A stretch of 64,000 bases of DNA from positions 285,332-349,331 of the forward strand of contig CAWFML010000001.1 in NCBI GenBank assembly GCA_963817025.1. The letters are read 5' to 3'. Below, in pieces: positions 8,883-18,818 of the stretch. The position numbers and the translations under genes were made by a program. Source of the stretch: Pyrinomonadaceae bacterium (GTDB lineage Bacteria; Acidobacteriota; Blastocatellia; Pyrinomonadales; Pyrinomonadaceae). The first letter of the stretch is position 1; the number at the start of each line of letters is the position of its first letter. The notes under the pieces were generated by a model, which was given only the letters and a program-made list of their open reading frames with translations, did no database searches and was not told the DNA's origin.

Positions 8883-10669
8883 GCTCCCTTGCGCTGTGCG
8901 ATGAGATGGTCTGCACAGCGGTCAGAGAATGCGCCGATGGTCAATGAAGGATTTGGCCCGACCGGGCCGGGCATGGCAGAGCCGTCAACGACATATAGAC
9001 CCGGATAGCCGAAGACCTCTCCGTATTGATCCACCACGCCTTGCTCCGGCCCTGCGCCCATCGGCGCGCCGCCGAGAGGGTGAGCCGTCAGGACTTGACG
9101 AAAGAGCGTGTAAGCGGGGTTGTCCAGATATTCCGCGTTCAAGGCTCTGGCGATGGCTTTGCCGACACGCCTCACGCGGTCGAAATAGTCCTTCGAGATC
9201 TTGATCGCCCAATCGCATTCGAGCAGGCCGTCCTCAGAGAGATACAGCTTGCCGTTCGGAATATCACGTCCCATCGTGAGCACCGGGAATGAGCTGACGG
9301 AACTGCTGGCCGGGCCGATCAAATCGGAAATCTCCGCGCTCAGGTCTGCATCATTGCTGAATCCCAAACGATACTTGGCGGCAATCTTGAGAAACTTCAG
9401 AGACCGTTTCAAAAAAGCCGGAAGCCCGGACAATTCCGAAAACCAGCTCAGCAGATAAGGATTGCCTCCATCTTCAGCATAGAAGCCGCGTCCCTGCGGG
9501 CCATCTCCGTCCAGCGTGTCGCCGACACGAATCGCGCTGGTGATGACCGGCCCGAAGCTGGGGTCTAGACGGCGCGGCACGCTCTGGCCGTGCTTTTCCT
9601 CCATGCTCTTGACGATGAACGAGAGCAGGTCGCCGTTGACGCAGAAGCGCGAGCCGAGCGTCTGCATGTTCAGGCGCGGGAAATGTTGAGCCTGATTTTT
9701 TAATAACAGGTGTGGCGTGCCAAACGTCCCGGCGGCGAGTATCAAGCGGTCGCAGGTAATCGTCCCTTCCGGCGGCGGCGGGCACTGGCCTGTCTGCGGG
9801 TCAACCTGTTTCGGGTCGTGCCTGAGAAAGACGACCTTGTATCCTTTGCCGTCGAGTGGCGCGATGGTCTTGACCTCGCACAAAGTTTCCACCTTCGCGG
9901 GGTTCGGCTTTTGATGTATGGCCGCCGTCACGTAAGTGTAGTCGAGCGTGTTCTTGCTGCCGTAGTTACATCCGATGTCACACTCGCCGCAGAGGCGACA
10001 GGTCTGGCGCGGCATCTCGCGGCCAGCCATTACCGCATGATAATTCGGATAAGGCTCGTCAAGCTCTGCGCCGACGATGGGCGGGTTGGCAGGGTCATCT
10101 TCGTCAGGGTTGCTGACATGCTTGCGTTTGAAGCTGACGGCCAGATTGAGCGGCAGCCACCTGTGCGTAGAGTTATCGTCGAGCTGCATCTTCCGGTCTG
10201 CTTCGCGCATTGCCAGAGTCTTTGGCGTCGCGTCATAGGGCGGATGACTCAGCGGGTACTTCTGCACGTTCATCATTTTCTCGACACGCCCGTAGTGCGG
10301 TTCGAGGTTATCGTAAGTGATGGGCCATGATTCGGTGACGCCGCCCTCTGTCTCGTCCTTGACGAACCACTTCGGGTCTTTGCGAATCAGAATATTCGCG
10401 TAGATGAGCGAGCCGCCGCCGAGACCGCTGGAGATGAGCGCGCCAGACCCCTTAAACGACCAGACATCGAACATGCCGTAGAGGCCAGAGGAAGGGTCCC
10501 AGAAATTTTTTCCTAAATCATAAGGAGCACGCGCAAAGGAATTTGGCGGATAGGCTTTGCCGCGCTCAAGCAGGCAGACTCTCAGGCCAGCTTCCGCCAG
10601 GCGGTAGGCCATCACCGCGCCGCCAAAGCCCGAGCCGATGATGACCGCATCGAAATGTTCGTTGTCCAT
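8879..10669 (-). CDS. GMC-family FAD oxidoreductase (cholesterol oxidase-like), full length
   Basis: 596 aa. N-terminal DAVIIGSGFGGAVMAYRLAEAG Rossmann FAD motif and overall GMC architecture. Paralog of the partial gene at 1-1195. Confidence 0.8.
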   Translation of the reverse strand: MDNEHFDAVIIGSGFGGAVMAYRLAEAGLRVCLLERGKAYPPNSFARAPYDLGKNFWDPSSGLYGMFDVWSFKGSGALISSGLGGGSLIYANILIRKDPKWFVKDETEGGVTESWPITYDNLEPHYGRVEKMMNVQKYPLSHPPYDATPKTLAMREADRKMQLDDNSTHRWLPLNLAVSFKRKHVSNPDEDDPANPPIVGAELDEPYPNYHAVMAGREMPRQTCRLCGECDIGCNYGSKNTLDYTYVTAAIHQKPNPAKVETLCEVKTIAPLDGKGYKVVFLRHDPKQVDPQTGQCPPPPEGTITCDRLILAAGTFGTPHLLLKNQAQHFPRLNMQTLGSRFCVNGDLLSFIVKSMEEKHGQSVPRRLDPSFGPVITSAIRVGDTLDGDGPQGRGFYAEDGGNPYLLSWFSELSGLPAFLKRSLKFLKIAAKYRLGFSNDADLSAEISDLIGPASSSVSSFPVLTMGRDIPNGKLYLSEDGLLECDWAIKISKDYFDRVRRVGKAIARALNAEYLDNPAYTLFRQVLTAHPLGGAPMGAGPEQGVVDQYGEVFGYPGLYVVDGSAMPGPVGPNPSLTIGAFSDRCADHLIAQRKGA

Positions 10670-10727
10670 GATGAAGCAAGCCTTTCTCTCTCACCACTAA
10701 GAATTTGATTCGCGTGCTGGCTGACCA

Positions 10728-12719
10728 TCAAGCTTCGTGCAGGTGCGAGACGCTCTCGACGCCTGTGTGCGTGCCCGCTTTCTTTAAAATGACAGGAGGC
10801 TCTATCAGTTCCGGCTCGGTGGCGCGCGGGTCGTCGGAGACAAGAGCAGGGCGTTTGTCGTCTGCATCCGGGCGCGGCTTCCACTTGCGCGGCACGCGCC
10901 TGATGCCAATCGGATAGATGGTCAGGCTTCCGTCTTTATCTATGTGCAGCCTGAGCGTGTTCTTCCAGTCTTCGACGGCAATCGAAGAGAAGGCTTCGTT
11001 TGAATGTCTCCCGAAGAAGTTCATGGACAAGAGCAGATAAAGCCCCATCACGAGCGAGCCGAAGACAAAGCCGCCGAGCAGAATCAGCACAGAGACCAGC
11101 AGCATGCGCCAATCAAGATGAAACTCATAGTTTGCCAGAGACACCTGCGAGACCCATGCGAGCGATGAAATCTTCGACACAAAGGAGACGGCAACGATGG
11201 CGACCCCGAACGCAGCCAGAATGTGCGCCACCCCGTGCAAAGAACCCATGATGCCCCTGTAAAGTCTGGAGCGGGTGTCCGTGAAAAAGACGAAGGCGGC
11301 GAGCGTCAGCACGACCAGAAAAGAGGTCACGGAGCTATCGAGCACGCTGTAGAGAGCGGTGCTGGCAATCGTTCCTAGATCGTAATTGAGATGGCTGAAA
11401 CGCCAGTAGCTATCATCTATCCGGGCGACGACAGAGAGCGTCATAACCAGATACAGCACAGCCGTCACCAGCCCGAAAGTCCAGCTCGCATTCCCTTTCA
11501 GATAAGGAAATATCAGATTGCGCCAGCACAATCGCCGCGACTCTTTTCTTGGCGGGTAGCAGGCTCTGAGCGCGAAGACGCGGTCGTTCATCATCCCGTC
11601 AAGGCTCTTCTCGACAATGACATCAAGCTTTCTTCCCAAATATCCTTCGTGCGTCGGATGCAGGAATGCGCCGCCGCCGCCCGCCGTAATCTTCTGTGTT
11701 GATTGGTCCAGAGATTCATGACGGCGATAATGATGCAGGTCTCCGGCGATAAAGACGGCCACGCCTTTGCCAAGTCTTTTTTCGAGCAGTCTCAGATTGC
11801 TCTCGTTGTAATTGGGTTCGTCCAGTCCTTCAAATTGCGCGGCGCGAATCCAGTGCGGCTCGGCATGACAGAGGATGACGCTCGCGTGCTCATTGGTTCT
11901 AGCCGTCTCCGCCTCCATCTCTGCGGCGAGGCTTCTAAAATATTCGACCTGCGGCCCGTCTATATCCGAGCCGAGTTGCACGTCCGTTCCCAGCAGCCAC
12001 CAGTTGTGCGGGAGTTTTAAAGCAAAGTAACTGCGCGCTTGCTGCGTGCGCCAGCCGGCGAACCAGCGGTGAGAGGTGAAGAGGCGTGTAAAAGCCACCA
12101 GACTGTCATACCAGTCATGGTTGCCGGGAACGGCGAAGACGTGCGGGTGATTGCTGTCCGTGTAACGGAGCGCGGTCTCGTATGGCGCGATCAATCGCTC
12201 GTTGTAAACATCGCGGCTGGCCGTCGGGTAAACCTCGTCGCCGCCAAAGATGAGTATGTCTCCCCTGTGCGTCTCCTCCTGTCGCTGCTCTTTGGTCTGA
12301 GGGTCTGTGTAGGTAAAGGTGCGACCCGTTTCGGCCAGATGATGCGCTATCGCATAGGTCGAGTTCCAGCCGTCACCGACATCGCCGACGTAATCTATCC
12401 AGATTGAATCTCGCGGTCGCGTCGTGTCAGGCGCACAGTCATCCTTTCCATCGTCCCTGTAATGAAAGCTATAGTCATAGAACTTTTCCTGCTCGCCCGC
12501 GCCCATCGCTTCCACCAATCTTCTATCGGAGTGATGACCGAAGATGGTCGAGATGGCGACCTCGATTCCGGTCTTGGCAAGCTGGCGCGGGTCATACCAA
12601 CCAACCATCGGCAGTTGTTTGGGCTTCGGGTGCGGCGTGACTCCCTGAGAGACCGCAGCAGGCGCTGTCGTTATCGACTGACTCACGCTCTCGAATGTTT
12701 GCCCGTTCTGCGTAGCCAT
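10728..12719 (-). CDS. calcineurin-like metallophosphoesterase fused to a C-terminal polytopic membrane domain
   Basis: Metallophosphoesterase motifs GDVGDG, GGDEVY, GNHDWY and HHY in the N-terminal ~380 aa. The C-terminal ~250 aa is strongly hydrophobic with multiple TM helices. It is the first gene of the 12.7-kb minus-strand array. Confidence 0.75.
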   Translation of the reverse strand: MATQNGQTFESVSQSITTAPAAVSQGVTPHPKPKQLPMVGWYDPRQLAKTGIEVAISTIFGHHSDRRLVEAMGAGEQEKFYDYSFHYRDDGKDDCAPDTTRPRDSIWIDYVGDVGDGWNSTYAIAHHLAETGRTFTYTDPQTKEQRQEETHRGDILIFGGDEVYPTASRDVYNERLIAPYETALRYTDSNHPHVFAVPGNHDWYDSLVAFTRLFTSHRWFAGWRTQQARSYFALKLPHNWWLLGTDVQLGSDIDGPQVEYFRSLAAEMEAETARTNEHASVILCHAEPHWIRAAQFEGLDEPNYNESNLRLLEKRLGKGVAVFIAGDLHHYRRHESLDQSTQKITAGGGGAFLHPTHEGYLGRKLDVIVEKSLDGMMNDRVFALRACYPPRKESRRLCWRNLIFPYLKGNASWTFGLVTAVLYLVMTLSVVARIDDSYWRFSHLNYDLGTIASTALYSVLDSSVTSFLVVLTLAAFVFFTDTRSRLYRGIMGSLHGVAHILAAFGVAIVAVSFVSKISSLAWVSQVSLANYEFHLDWRMLLVSVLILLGGFVFGSLVMGLYLLLSMNFFGRHSNEAFSSIAVEDWKNTLRLHIDKDGSLTIYPIGIRRVPRKWKPRPDADDKRPALVSDDPRATEPELIEPPVILKKAGTHTGVESVSHLHEA

Positions 12720-13299
12720 GATTCGTTCCTTCTTAAACGAAGCAAGAAAAAGGTAAGACGCCGCAATGGAAGGAGAAGGATTTCAAAGAGAGAAACCCAC
12801 AAGTAGCTTGACGCTTTTCAGGCTCAAACGGACAGCGAGCGATGCTATCAAAAGAGGCGCTGCGAGGAGATACAAGGCGTGACATACCACGTCTCCCTAA
12901 AGGGTGGATACGTTTCGCTCTCAACCGTTCCCTGAGTACGTTGCCGGTGGCTTGGTATTTTCAATTTCAGCAACAGAGGCTCGATAAACCGACCGGCAAC
13001 CATTGCCACGTTTAAGACGGGAAAGCTTGATTGTTATCTGCCAGCATGTTCATTACCTTGAAACTAAACATTAGAAGGAAGTCTGACCAACATGAGGTCG
13101 TGTTGCGTCCAGTGCGAGAAGACTTCGGCAGATGCGCGTGAATTATAGCTCCGGGCCAAGCTAAGTCAACAATAATTTTGGCGGGAACCCGCAAGAAGAG
13201 TGTTTTACAGTTCCACCGGGATGTCCGTCGCAAGAAATCCGAATTTGGTCTGGCCCGGAACAGCAGATTTCCGGGCCGGACATGTTTATGCGACAGCTC

Positions 13300-14292
13300 T
13301 CAGTTCGTGCCGACCGAACAAGCTTTCCGGGCCGCAGAGATAACTTCCGCGCGCGTCTTCTCTGCGCTGACCCCGGTTGAGAGCGACTCTCTTTTCTCCG
13401 CACGCTTGGGCGATGTCTTGACCAGCGCGACGCCGCACAGGATGATCAACATCGCTGTCACCACACGCCAGCCCAGAGATTCCGAGAGCACAGCCCAGCC
13501 AAGCAGGACTGCGATAATGGGATTGATGTACGAGTACATAGAGACCAGCGAGAGCGGCAGTTTCTGAATCGCATACGTGTAAGAGCCATAGGCCACGATT
13601 GAGCCGAAGACGATCAAGTAAGCGATGGCCGACAGCGACCTGCCGCTGAAATGCATCACACGCCATTCGCCCAAAGTAGTGCCGAGCATCGTCAGCGCCA
13701 CGCCTGCAATGAGCATCTGCACGGCGGCAGCCATCAGCGGCGGCAAATCCGTCTGGTGATGTTTCGAGTACACGGAACCGGCAGACCATGAAGCGCAGCC
13801 AACCTGTATGGCGACCGCGCCCAGCAGGTAATAACTATTGAGCGTCGTCCCAAACAGGTTCGGCGCGATAAGCAGGGCCAGACCGCAGAAACCAATCAAC
13901 AGGCCAACCACTGCGCGGCCACTGACGCGCTCGCCATCGCGCAGGAATCTCTCAAGCCCCACAACCCAGAAAGGAGAAGTTGCGACCAGCAGTGCGGCAG
14001 GGCCGCTCGGAACCCACTGCTCCGCCATCACCACAGCCCCGTTGCCGACGCCCAGAAGCATCAGGCCGATGATGCTCTGATTTAACCACTCTCTGCCCTG
14101 CGGCAGACGCGCCCCCCGCCAGAAATAGACAAACGAAAAGAGCAATGCGCCCGCAATGAGAAAACGCATCCCCGCAAGGAGCATCGGCGGCAGGGTCTCT
14201 AACCCGACGCGAATCGCCAGATAGGTCGTGCCCCAGAAAAAACAGACGGCAGCCCACGCGCCGTATGCTGCAAACTGTTCCCTTCTCGTCAT
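13300..14292 (-). CDS. EamA/DMT-superfamily transporter (putative amino-acid/metabolite exporter)
   Basis: 330 aa, ~10 TM helices, duplicated EamA-like halves. Confidence 0.8.
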   Translation of the reverse strand: MTRREQFAAYGAWAAVCFFWGTTYLAIRVGLETLPPMLLAGMRFLIAGALLFSFVYFWRGARLPQGREWLNQSIIGLMLLGVGNGAVVMAEQWVPSGPAALLVATSPFWVVGLERFLRDGERVSGRAVVGLLIGFCGLALLIAPNLFGTTLNSYYLLGAVAIQVGCASWSAGSVYSKHHQTDLPPLMAAAVQMLIAGVALTMLGTTLGEWRVMHFSGRSLSAIAYLIVFGSIVAYGSYTYAIQKLPLSLVSMYSYINPIIAVLLGWAVLSESLGWRVVTAMLIILCGVALVKTSPKRAEKRESLSTGVSAEKTRAEVISAARKACSVGTN

Positions 14293-14771
14293 AAGCTTGA
14301 CCCCTCCCGCTTGACGGACAAACGCTGAGACTCCTTGACCGTCTTGAGCACGATTGTCGTGCGCGTCGAGCGTATGTACTTAAACTGACCGAACTCCTCT
14401 TTCAGAATCCTGTATAAGTCATCCGTGTCGCGCGCACGCACCTTGACCAGAAAACAATCCTCGCCCGCCAGATGATGCAATTCCAGCACGCTCGGCAACG
14501 CCGCCATCAGTTCGGCTGTCTTGTCGGCTTCCTCTACGACATCGTGTTGCTCATCCACACGCACAAAGATAAAAGCCACCAGCCCCAACCCCAGCGCATG
14601 CGGGTCAACCAGAGCCATGTAGCCCTTGATAAAGCCGCGCTCCTCTAGCTTCTTGACCCGCTCAAGAGTCGCAGAGGGCGTCAGTTCCACGGCCCTAGCC
14701 AGTTCGACATTGGTCATCCGACCATCTCGCTGAAGCAATTCGAGAATTAAAGCGTCTTTTTCATCCATCAT
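14289..14771 (-). CDS. Lrp/AsnC-family transcriptional regulator
   Basis: N-terminal HTH (ILELLQRDGRMTNVELARAVELTPSATLERVKKLEERGFI) plus a C-terminal RAM domain. Its stop overlaps the EamA start (ATGA), a classic Lrp-exporter pair. Confidence 0.9.
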   Translation of the reverse strand: MMDEKDALILELLQRDGRMTNVELARAVELTPSATLERVKKLEERGFIKGYMALVDPHALGLGLVAFIFVRVDEQHDVVEEADKTAELMAALPSVLELHHLAGEDCFLVKVRARDTDDLYRILKEEFGQFKYIRSTRTTIVLKTVKESQRLSVKREGSSL

Positions 14772-14922
14772 CTGTCAATCTCTATCATTATCGGTGATTT
14801 GCCGAATAAGATACACTCAATACGCCATATTGTCAAATATTGTTCCCCATTTGGACGTAATGGCAGAATTTTAGCTACCCCGCTTGAATACACCGCGCCG
14901 ACCGGATGAGACTTGACAAAGA

Positions 14923-14951
14923 TGGACTCAAGATTTATTATCTGCTCATGC
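14923..14951 (+). promoter_or_regulatory. putative sigma70-type promoter upstream of hsp20-clpB-hsp20 (TTGACA-17nt-TATTAT)
   Basis: TTGACA at 14923-14928 and TATTAT at 14946-14951 with a 17-nt spacer, ~90 nt upstream of the hsp20 ATG. Confidence 0.45.
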
Positions 14952-15042
14952 TCAGGAGCCGAAAGAACATCGAATTTTCCAGTTTTTCTTTTGGCTGGCG
15001 GTAAATTTTGATTTTTCTAAGAATTTTGAGGAGGAAGTTGAA

Positions 15043-15582
15043 ATGAGCATCGTTCGTTACGATCCATTCCGCGACTTACGTAGTCTTCAGGACGAGGTTA
15101 ATCGTCTCTTTTCCACTAATTTGACGCGCGCCTACGACGGCGACGAGGGCATCGCGCGCGGGGCCTGGAATCCGAGCGTGGATATTTACGAGAACAAAGA
15201 CCAGATCGTGCTCGAAGCGGAACTGCCGGGCATGAAGCGCGAGGATTTCGACCTTTCGATTGAAAACAACGTCATTACTCTGCGCGGCGAGCGCCGCTTT
15301 GAGAAAAAAGACGAGAGCGACAATTATCACAGGGTCGAGAGGGCTTATGGCTCTTTCACGCGCTCGTTTACGCTGCCGCAAACAGTGCAGGCCGAGAGCG
15401 TGACGGCTGAATATCGCAATGGCGTCCTGCGCGTCACCATGCCCAAGCGCGAAGAAGTCAAAGCGCGCCGCATAGAGATCGCTGGCGAAGCCAACGAAGC
15501 GAAGGGCGCGCGCACCATCGAAGCGAAAGCTGAAAACGCTGCCACCAAAGGCGAACAGTCAAGCTCTGCTACTGCTCGCTAA
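15043..15582 (+). CDS. Hsp20/alpha-crystallin family small heat-shock protein
   Basis: Alpha-crystallin domain (VDIYENKDQIVLEAELPGMKREDFDLSIENNVITLRGER...AEYRNGVLRVTMPK). A GGAGG ribosome-binding site precedes the ATG. Confidence 0.95.
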   Translation: MSIVRYDPFRDLRSLQDEVNRLFSTNLTRAYDGDEGIARGAWNPSVDIYENKDQIVLEAELPGMKREDFDLSIENNVITLRGERRFEKKDESDNYHRVERAYGSFTRSFTLPQTVQAESVTAEYRNGVLRVTMPKREEVKARRIEIAGEANEAKGARTIEAKAENAATKGEQSSSATAR

Positions 15583-15592
15583 TAGTCATTCA

Positions 15593-15640
15593 GACAAGTG
15601 ACGGGTAATCCGGGCCATCGCTCAATATCCGTCACTTGTC
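15593..15640 (+). promoter_or_regulatory. stem-loop between hsp20 and clpB (12-bp perfect stem gacaagtgacgg/ccgtcacttgtc, ~24-nt loop)
   Basis: Seen directly. It lies in the 74-nt hsp20-clpB spacer and could be an attenuator or processing site. Confidence 0.35.
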
Positions 15641-15656
15641 GCAGATCATTGCTTTT

Positions 15657-18251
15657 ATGCGTTTAGATAAATTCACCTTGCGCGGCCAGGAGGCCATACA
15701 GTCTGCCATAGAGGCAGCCGAGCGCAATCAGAATCAACAGGTCGAGCCGGAGCACTTGCTTCTTGCCATGCTTGAGCAAGCGGAAGGGACTGTGCGTCCT
15801 ATCCTCGGCAAGCTCGGGGCAAATGTGCAGGTCGTTCTCAACGACGTGCAGGCGGCCATCGCGCGCTTTCCAAAAGTGCAGGGCGGGCAGCAGTATTTCA
15901 GCCCGCGTCTCAGCCAGATATTTACTGCCGCCGAAAAGCTGGCGCAGGGGATGCAGGACGAGTACGTCTCCACGGAGCATCTGCTGCTCGCCATCGCTGA
16001 TGAGAAGGACGGGGGCGCAGGCAAAATCCTCAGACAGCACGGGGTCACGCGCGACGACCTGCTCAAAGTGATCGAGCAGATGCGCGGCGGCGTGCGTATC
16101 ACGGATCAGAACGCGGAAGCGAACTATCAGGCTCTCTCAAAGTATGCGAAAGACCTGACCGATCTGGCGCGGCAAGGCAAGCTAGACCCGGTCATCGGGC
16201 GCGACGACGAGATACGCCGCACGATTCAGGTGCTCTCGCGCCGCACGAAAAATAATCCTGTGCTGATTGGCGAACCCGGCGTCGGCAAGACTGCCATCGT
16301 CGAAGGCTTGGCCCAGAGAATCATTTCCGGCGACGTGCCCGAAACTTTGCGTAACAAGCGGCTGGTCGGGCTTGATTTGGGTTCGATGCTGGCGGGCGCG
16401 AAATATCGCGGCGAGTTTGAAGACCGTCTCAAAGCCGTCCTCAAAGAGATTGAGAACGCGCAGGGGCAAATCATTCTTTTCATAGACGAGCTGCACACAA
16501 TCATCGGCGCGGGCGCGGCAGAGGGCGCGATTGATGCTTCAAACATGCTCAAGCCCGCGCTGGCTCGCGGCGAGCTGCGCTGCGTCGGCGCGACCACGCT
16601 CAACGAATACAAAAAATATATCGAGAAGGATGCCGCGCTTGAGCGTCGCTTTCAACAGGTCTACGTCGGTGAGCCAACGGTTGAAGACACCATCGCTATC
16701 CTGCGCGGACTCAAAGAGCGTTACGAAGTGCATCACGGCGTGCGTATCAAAGACTCTGCGATTGTCGCCGCCGCAACCCTCTCGAATCGTTACATCACAG
16801 ACCGTTTCCTGCCTGACAAGGCGATTGACCTGATTGACGAAGCCGCCTCGCGCTTACGCATCGAGATTGATTCGCTGCCGCAGGAGATAGACCAGTTAGA
16901 GCGCGAGATACTTCAACTCGAAATCGAGCGGCAGGCTCTGGGGCGCGAAGAGGATGAGAAATCTAAGTCGCGTTTGAGAGACATAGAGCAGCGCATCGCA
17001 GACCTCAAGGAAAAATCTTCCGGGATGAAAGCCAAGTGGCAATCCGAGAAGGAAGAGATCGAGCGCATGCGCGAGGCCAAGAACGAGCTTGAACAACTGC
17101 GCCTGCAATTGGATCAGGCGCGCAACGCAGGCGATTTGACGCGCGCGGCGGAAATCCAGTACGGCAAGATTCCAGAGCTTGAGCAAAAGCTGATTCAGGA
17201 GCAACAGAAGCTTGTCGAGTTGCAAAGCGACGGCGTGATGCTCAAGGAAGAAGTTGACGAAGAGGACGTGGCCGAAGTCGTAGCCAAGTGGACTGGCGTG
17301 CCCGTCTCGAAAATGCTCGAAGGCGAGATGCAGAAGCTGGTCACGATGGAAGAGCGTCTGCGCAAGCGTGTCATCGGTCAGGACGAAGCTCTGACAGCCG
17401 TCGCCAATGCTGTGCGCCGCGCGCGTGCAGGCTTGCAAGACCCTAATCGCCCGGTCGGCTCGTTTATCTTTCTTGGTCCAACAGGCGTCGGCAAGACGGA
17501 GACCGCACGCGCTCTGGCAGAGTTTCTCTTTGACGACGAGCGCGCGATGATTCGTCTGGACATGTCCGAATACATGGAGAAGCACGCGGTCGCGCGCATG
17601 ATCGGCGCGCCGCCGGGATACATCGGTTATGAAGAGGGCGGGCAGTTGACGGAAGCCGTGCGTCGTCGTCCGTATTCCGTGATTCTCTTTGACGAGATCG
17701 AGAAGGCGCACCCGGATGTGTTCAACGTCCTGTTGCAAATCCTTGACGACGGGCGATTGACGGATTCAAAGGGACGCACGGTGAGCTTCAAAAACACTGT
17801 GCTGATTATGACTTCTAACTTAGGCTCGCGCGACATACAGGACTTGGGCGACGACGACAAGCAAATGCGCGAAGCAGTCCTACAGGTCTTGCGCGATCAT
17901 TTCAAGCCGGAGTTTTTGAATCGCATAGACGACATAGTTATCTTCCACCAGCTCTCGCGCGAACAGATCGTCGAGATCATAGACGTGCAGCTTGAGAAGC
18001 TTCGCCAGATGCTGGCAGAGCGCAACATCACGCTTGAGCTGGATGATTCTGCGAGAGAGCTTTTGTCGCGCGAAGGCTATGACCCGAACTATGGCGCGCG
18101 TCCTTTGAAGCGTGCGATTCAAACTCTGATTCAGAACCCTTTGGCAATCAGGCTGCTGCGCGGCGAGATGGCTGCGGGTGAAACAATTCGCGTTTCTGCC
18201 GATGGCGACGAGATGAAGTTCGAGCCTGTCACGGCAAACGCGACAGCATAA
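15657..18251 (+). CDS. clpB: ClpB disaggregase (AAA+ Hsp100 with M-domain)
   Basis: Two Clp_N repeats, D1 Walker [16 protein letters not shown], a long coiled-coil M-domain (residues ~410-520), D2 Walker [13 protein letters not shown] and a C-terminal SSD. The likely start is MRLDKFT at 15657 rather than the ORF-track 15636. Confidence 0.95.
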   Translation: MRLDKFTLRGQEAIQSAIEAAERNQNQQVEPEHLLLAMLEQAEGTVRPILGKLGANVQVVLNDVQAAIARFPKVQGGQQYFSPRLSQIFTAAEKLAQGMQDEYVSTEHLLLAIADEKDGGAGKILRQHGVTRDDLLKVIEQMRGGVRITDQNAEANYQALSKYAKDLTDLARQGKLDPVIGRDDEIRRTIQVLSRRTKNNPVLIGEPGVGKTAIVEGLAQRIISGDVPETLRNKRLVGLDLGSMLAGAKYRGEFEDRLKAVLKEIENAQGQIILFIDELHTIIGAGAAEGAIDASNMLKPALARGELRCVGATTLNEYKKYIEKDAALERRFQQVYVGEPTVEDTIAILRGLKERYEVHHGVRIKDSAIVAAATLSNRYITDRFLPDKAIDLIDEAASRLRIEIDSLPQEIDQLEREILQLEIERQALGREEDEKSKSRLRDIEQRIADLKEKSSGMKAKWQSEKEEIERMREAKNELEQLRLQLDQARNAGDLTRAAEIQYGKIPELEQKLIQEQQKLVELQSDGVMLKEEVDEEDVAEVVAKWTGVPVSKMLEGEMQKLVTMEERLRKRVIGQDEALTAVANAVRRARAGLQDPNRPVGSFIFLGPTGVGKTETARALAEFLFDDERAMIRLDMSEYMEKHAVARMIGAPPGYIGYEEGGQLTEAVRRRPYSVILFDEIEKAHPDVFNVLLQILDDGRLTDSKGRTVSFKNTVLIMTSNLGSRDIQDLGDDDKQMREAVLQVLRDHFKPEFLNRIDDIVIFHQLSREQIVEIIDVQLEKLRQMLAERNITLELDDSARELLSREGYDPNYGARPLKRAIQTLIQNPLAIRLLRGEMAAGETIRVSADGDEMKFEPVTANATA

Positions 18252-18265
18252 AAGAGGAAGGCGAG

Positions 18266-18712
18266 ATGGCACAGCATTGGGACCCGATACGGGATTTAGT
18301 CACGCTTCAGGAACGCATGAATCGTCTGTTTGAAGACGCCACAGACCGCCGTGCGCGCACGGATGATGAAACCAATGATATAGAGCGCGCGGACTGGACT
18401 CCGGCGGCGGATGTTTATAATCGTGAGACGGAGTATGTCATCACGGTTGACCTGCCGGGCATTGACCGCGAGACGCTGGACATCAGCATTGACGATAATC
18501 GTCTCTGGATTCGCGGCACGCGCTCCATCGAACACGAGGCGCAGCAGAGAGTCGAGCGGCCTCATGGAAATTTCCTGAGAAGGTTTGGCCCGCTGCCGCC
18601 GACGATTGAGCAGCAGGGCGTCAAGGCGGATTACAAAGACGGCGTGCTGAACATCACGTTGCCCAAACGCGCGGAGAAGAAATCCCGCCGCGTGGAAATC
18701 AAAGTTCAGTGA
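18266..18712 (+). CDS. Hsp20/alpha-crystallin family small heat-shock protein (second copy)
   Basis: ADVYNRETEYVITVDLPGIDRETLDISIDDNRLWIRGTR...ADYKDGVLNITLPK. It starts 14 nt after the clpB stop, so it is co-transcribed. Confidence 0.9.
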   Translation: MAQHWDPIRDLVTLQERMNRLFEDATDRRARTDDETNDIERADWTPAADVYNRETEYVITVDLPGIDRETLDISIDDNRLWIRGTRSIEHEAQQRVERPHGNFLRRFGPLPPTIEQQGVKADYKDGVLNITLPKRAEKKSRRVEIKVQ

Positions 18713-18818
18713 CGTATGACAGGCAAGAACCTGTTTTATCTTATCACTCGTCACCTGTCACACGTCACACATCACTATTGTTATGGTATCTTTTCGCAGG
18801 GGGAAAAAGAGAAGCAAT

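Noticed and set aside
12860-12960. Riboswitch in the operon leader (tried to match cobalamin, TPP and SAM consensus by eye)
   Set aside because: No convincing match to any riboswitch core consensus could be seen. It is retained only as a low-confidence finding that needs an Rfam scan.
14840-14860. Sigma32-type heat-shock promoter (CTTGAAA-N13-15-CCCCATNT) upstream of hsp20
   Set aside because: A CCCCATTT box is present (about 14848-14856), but the nearest TTG(T)CAAA-like -35 is only ~8 nt upstream, so the spacing is wrong. A well-spaced sigma70-like promoter (14923-14951) exists instead. No CIRCE (TTAGCACTC-N9-GAGTGCTAA) was found either.
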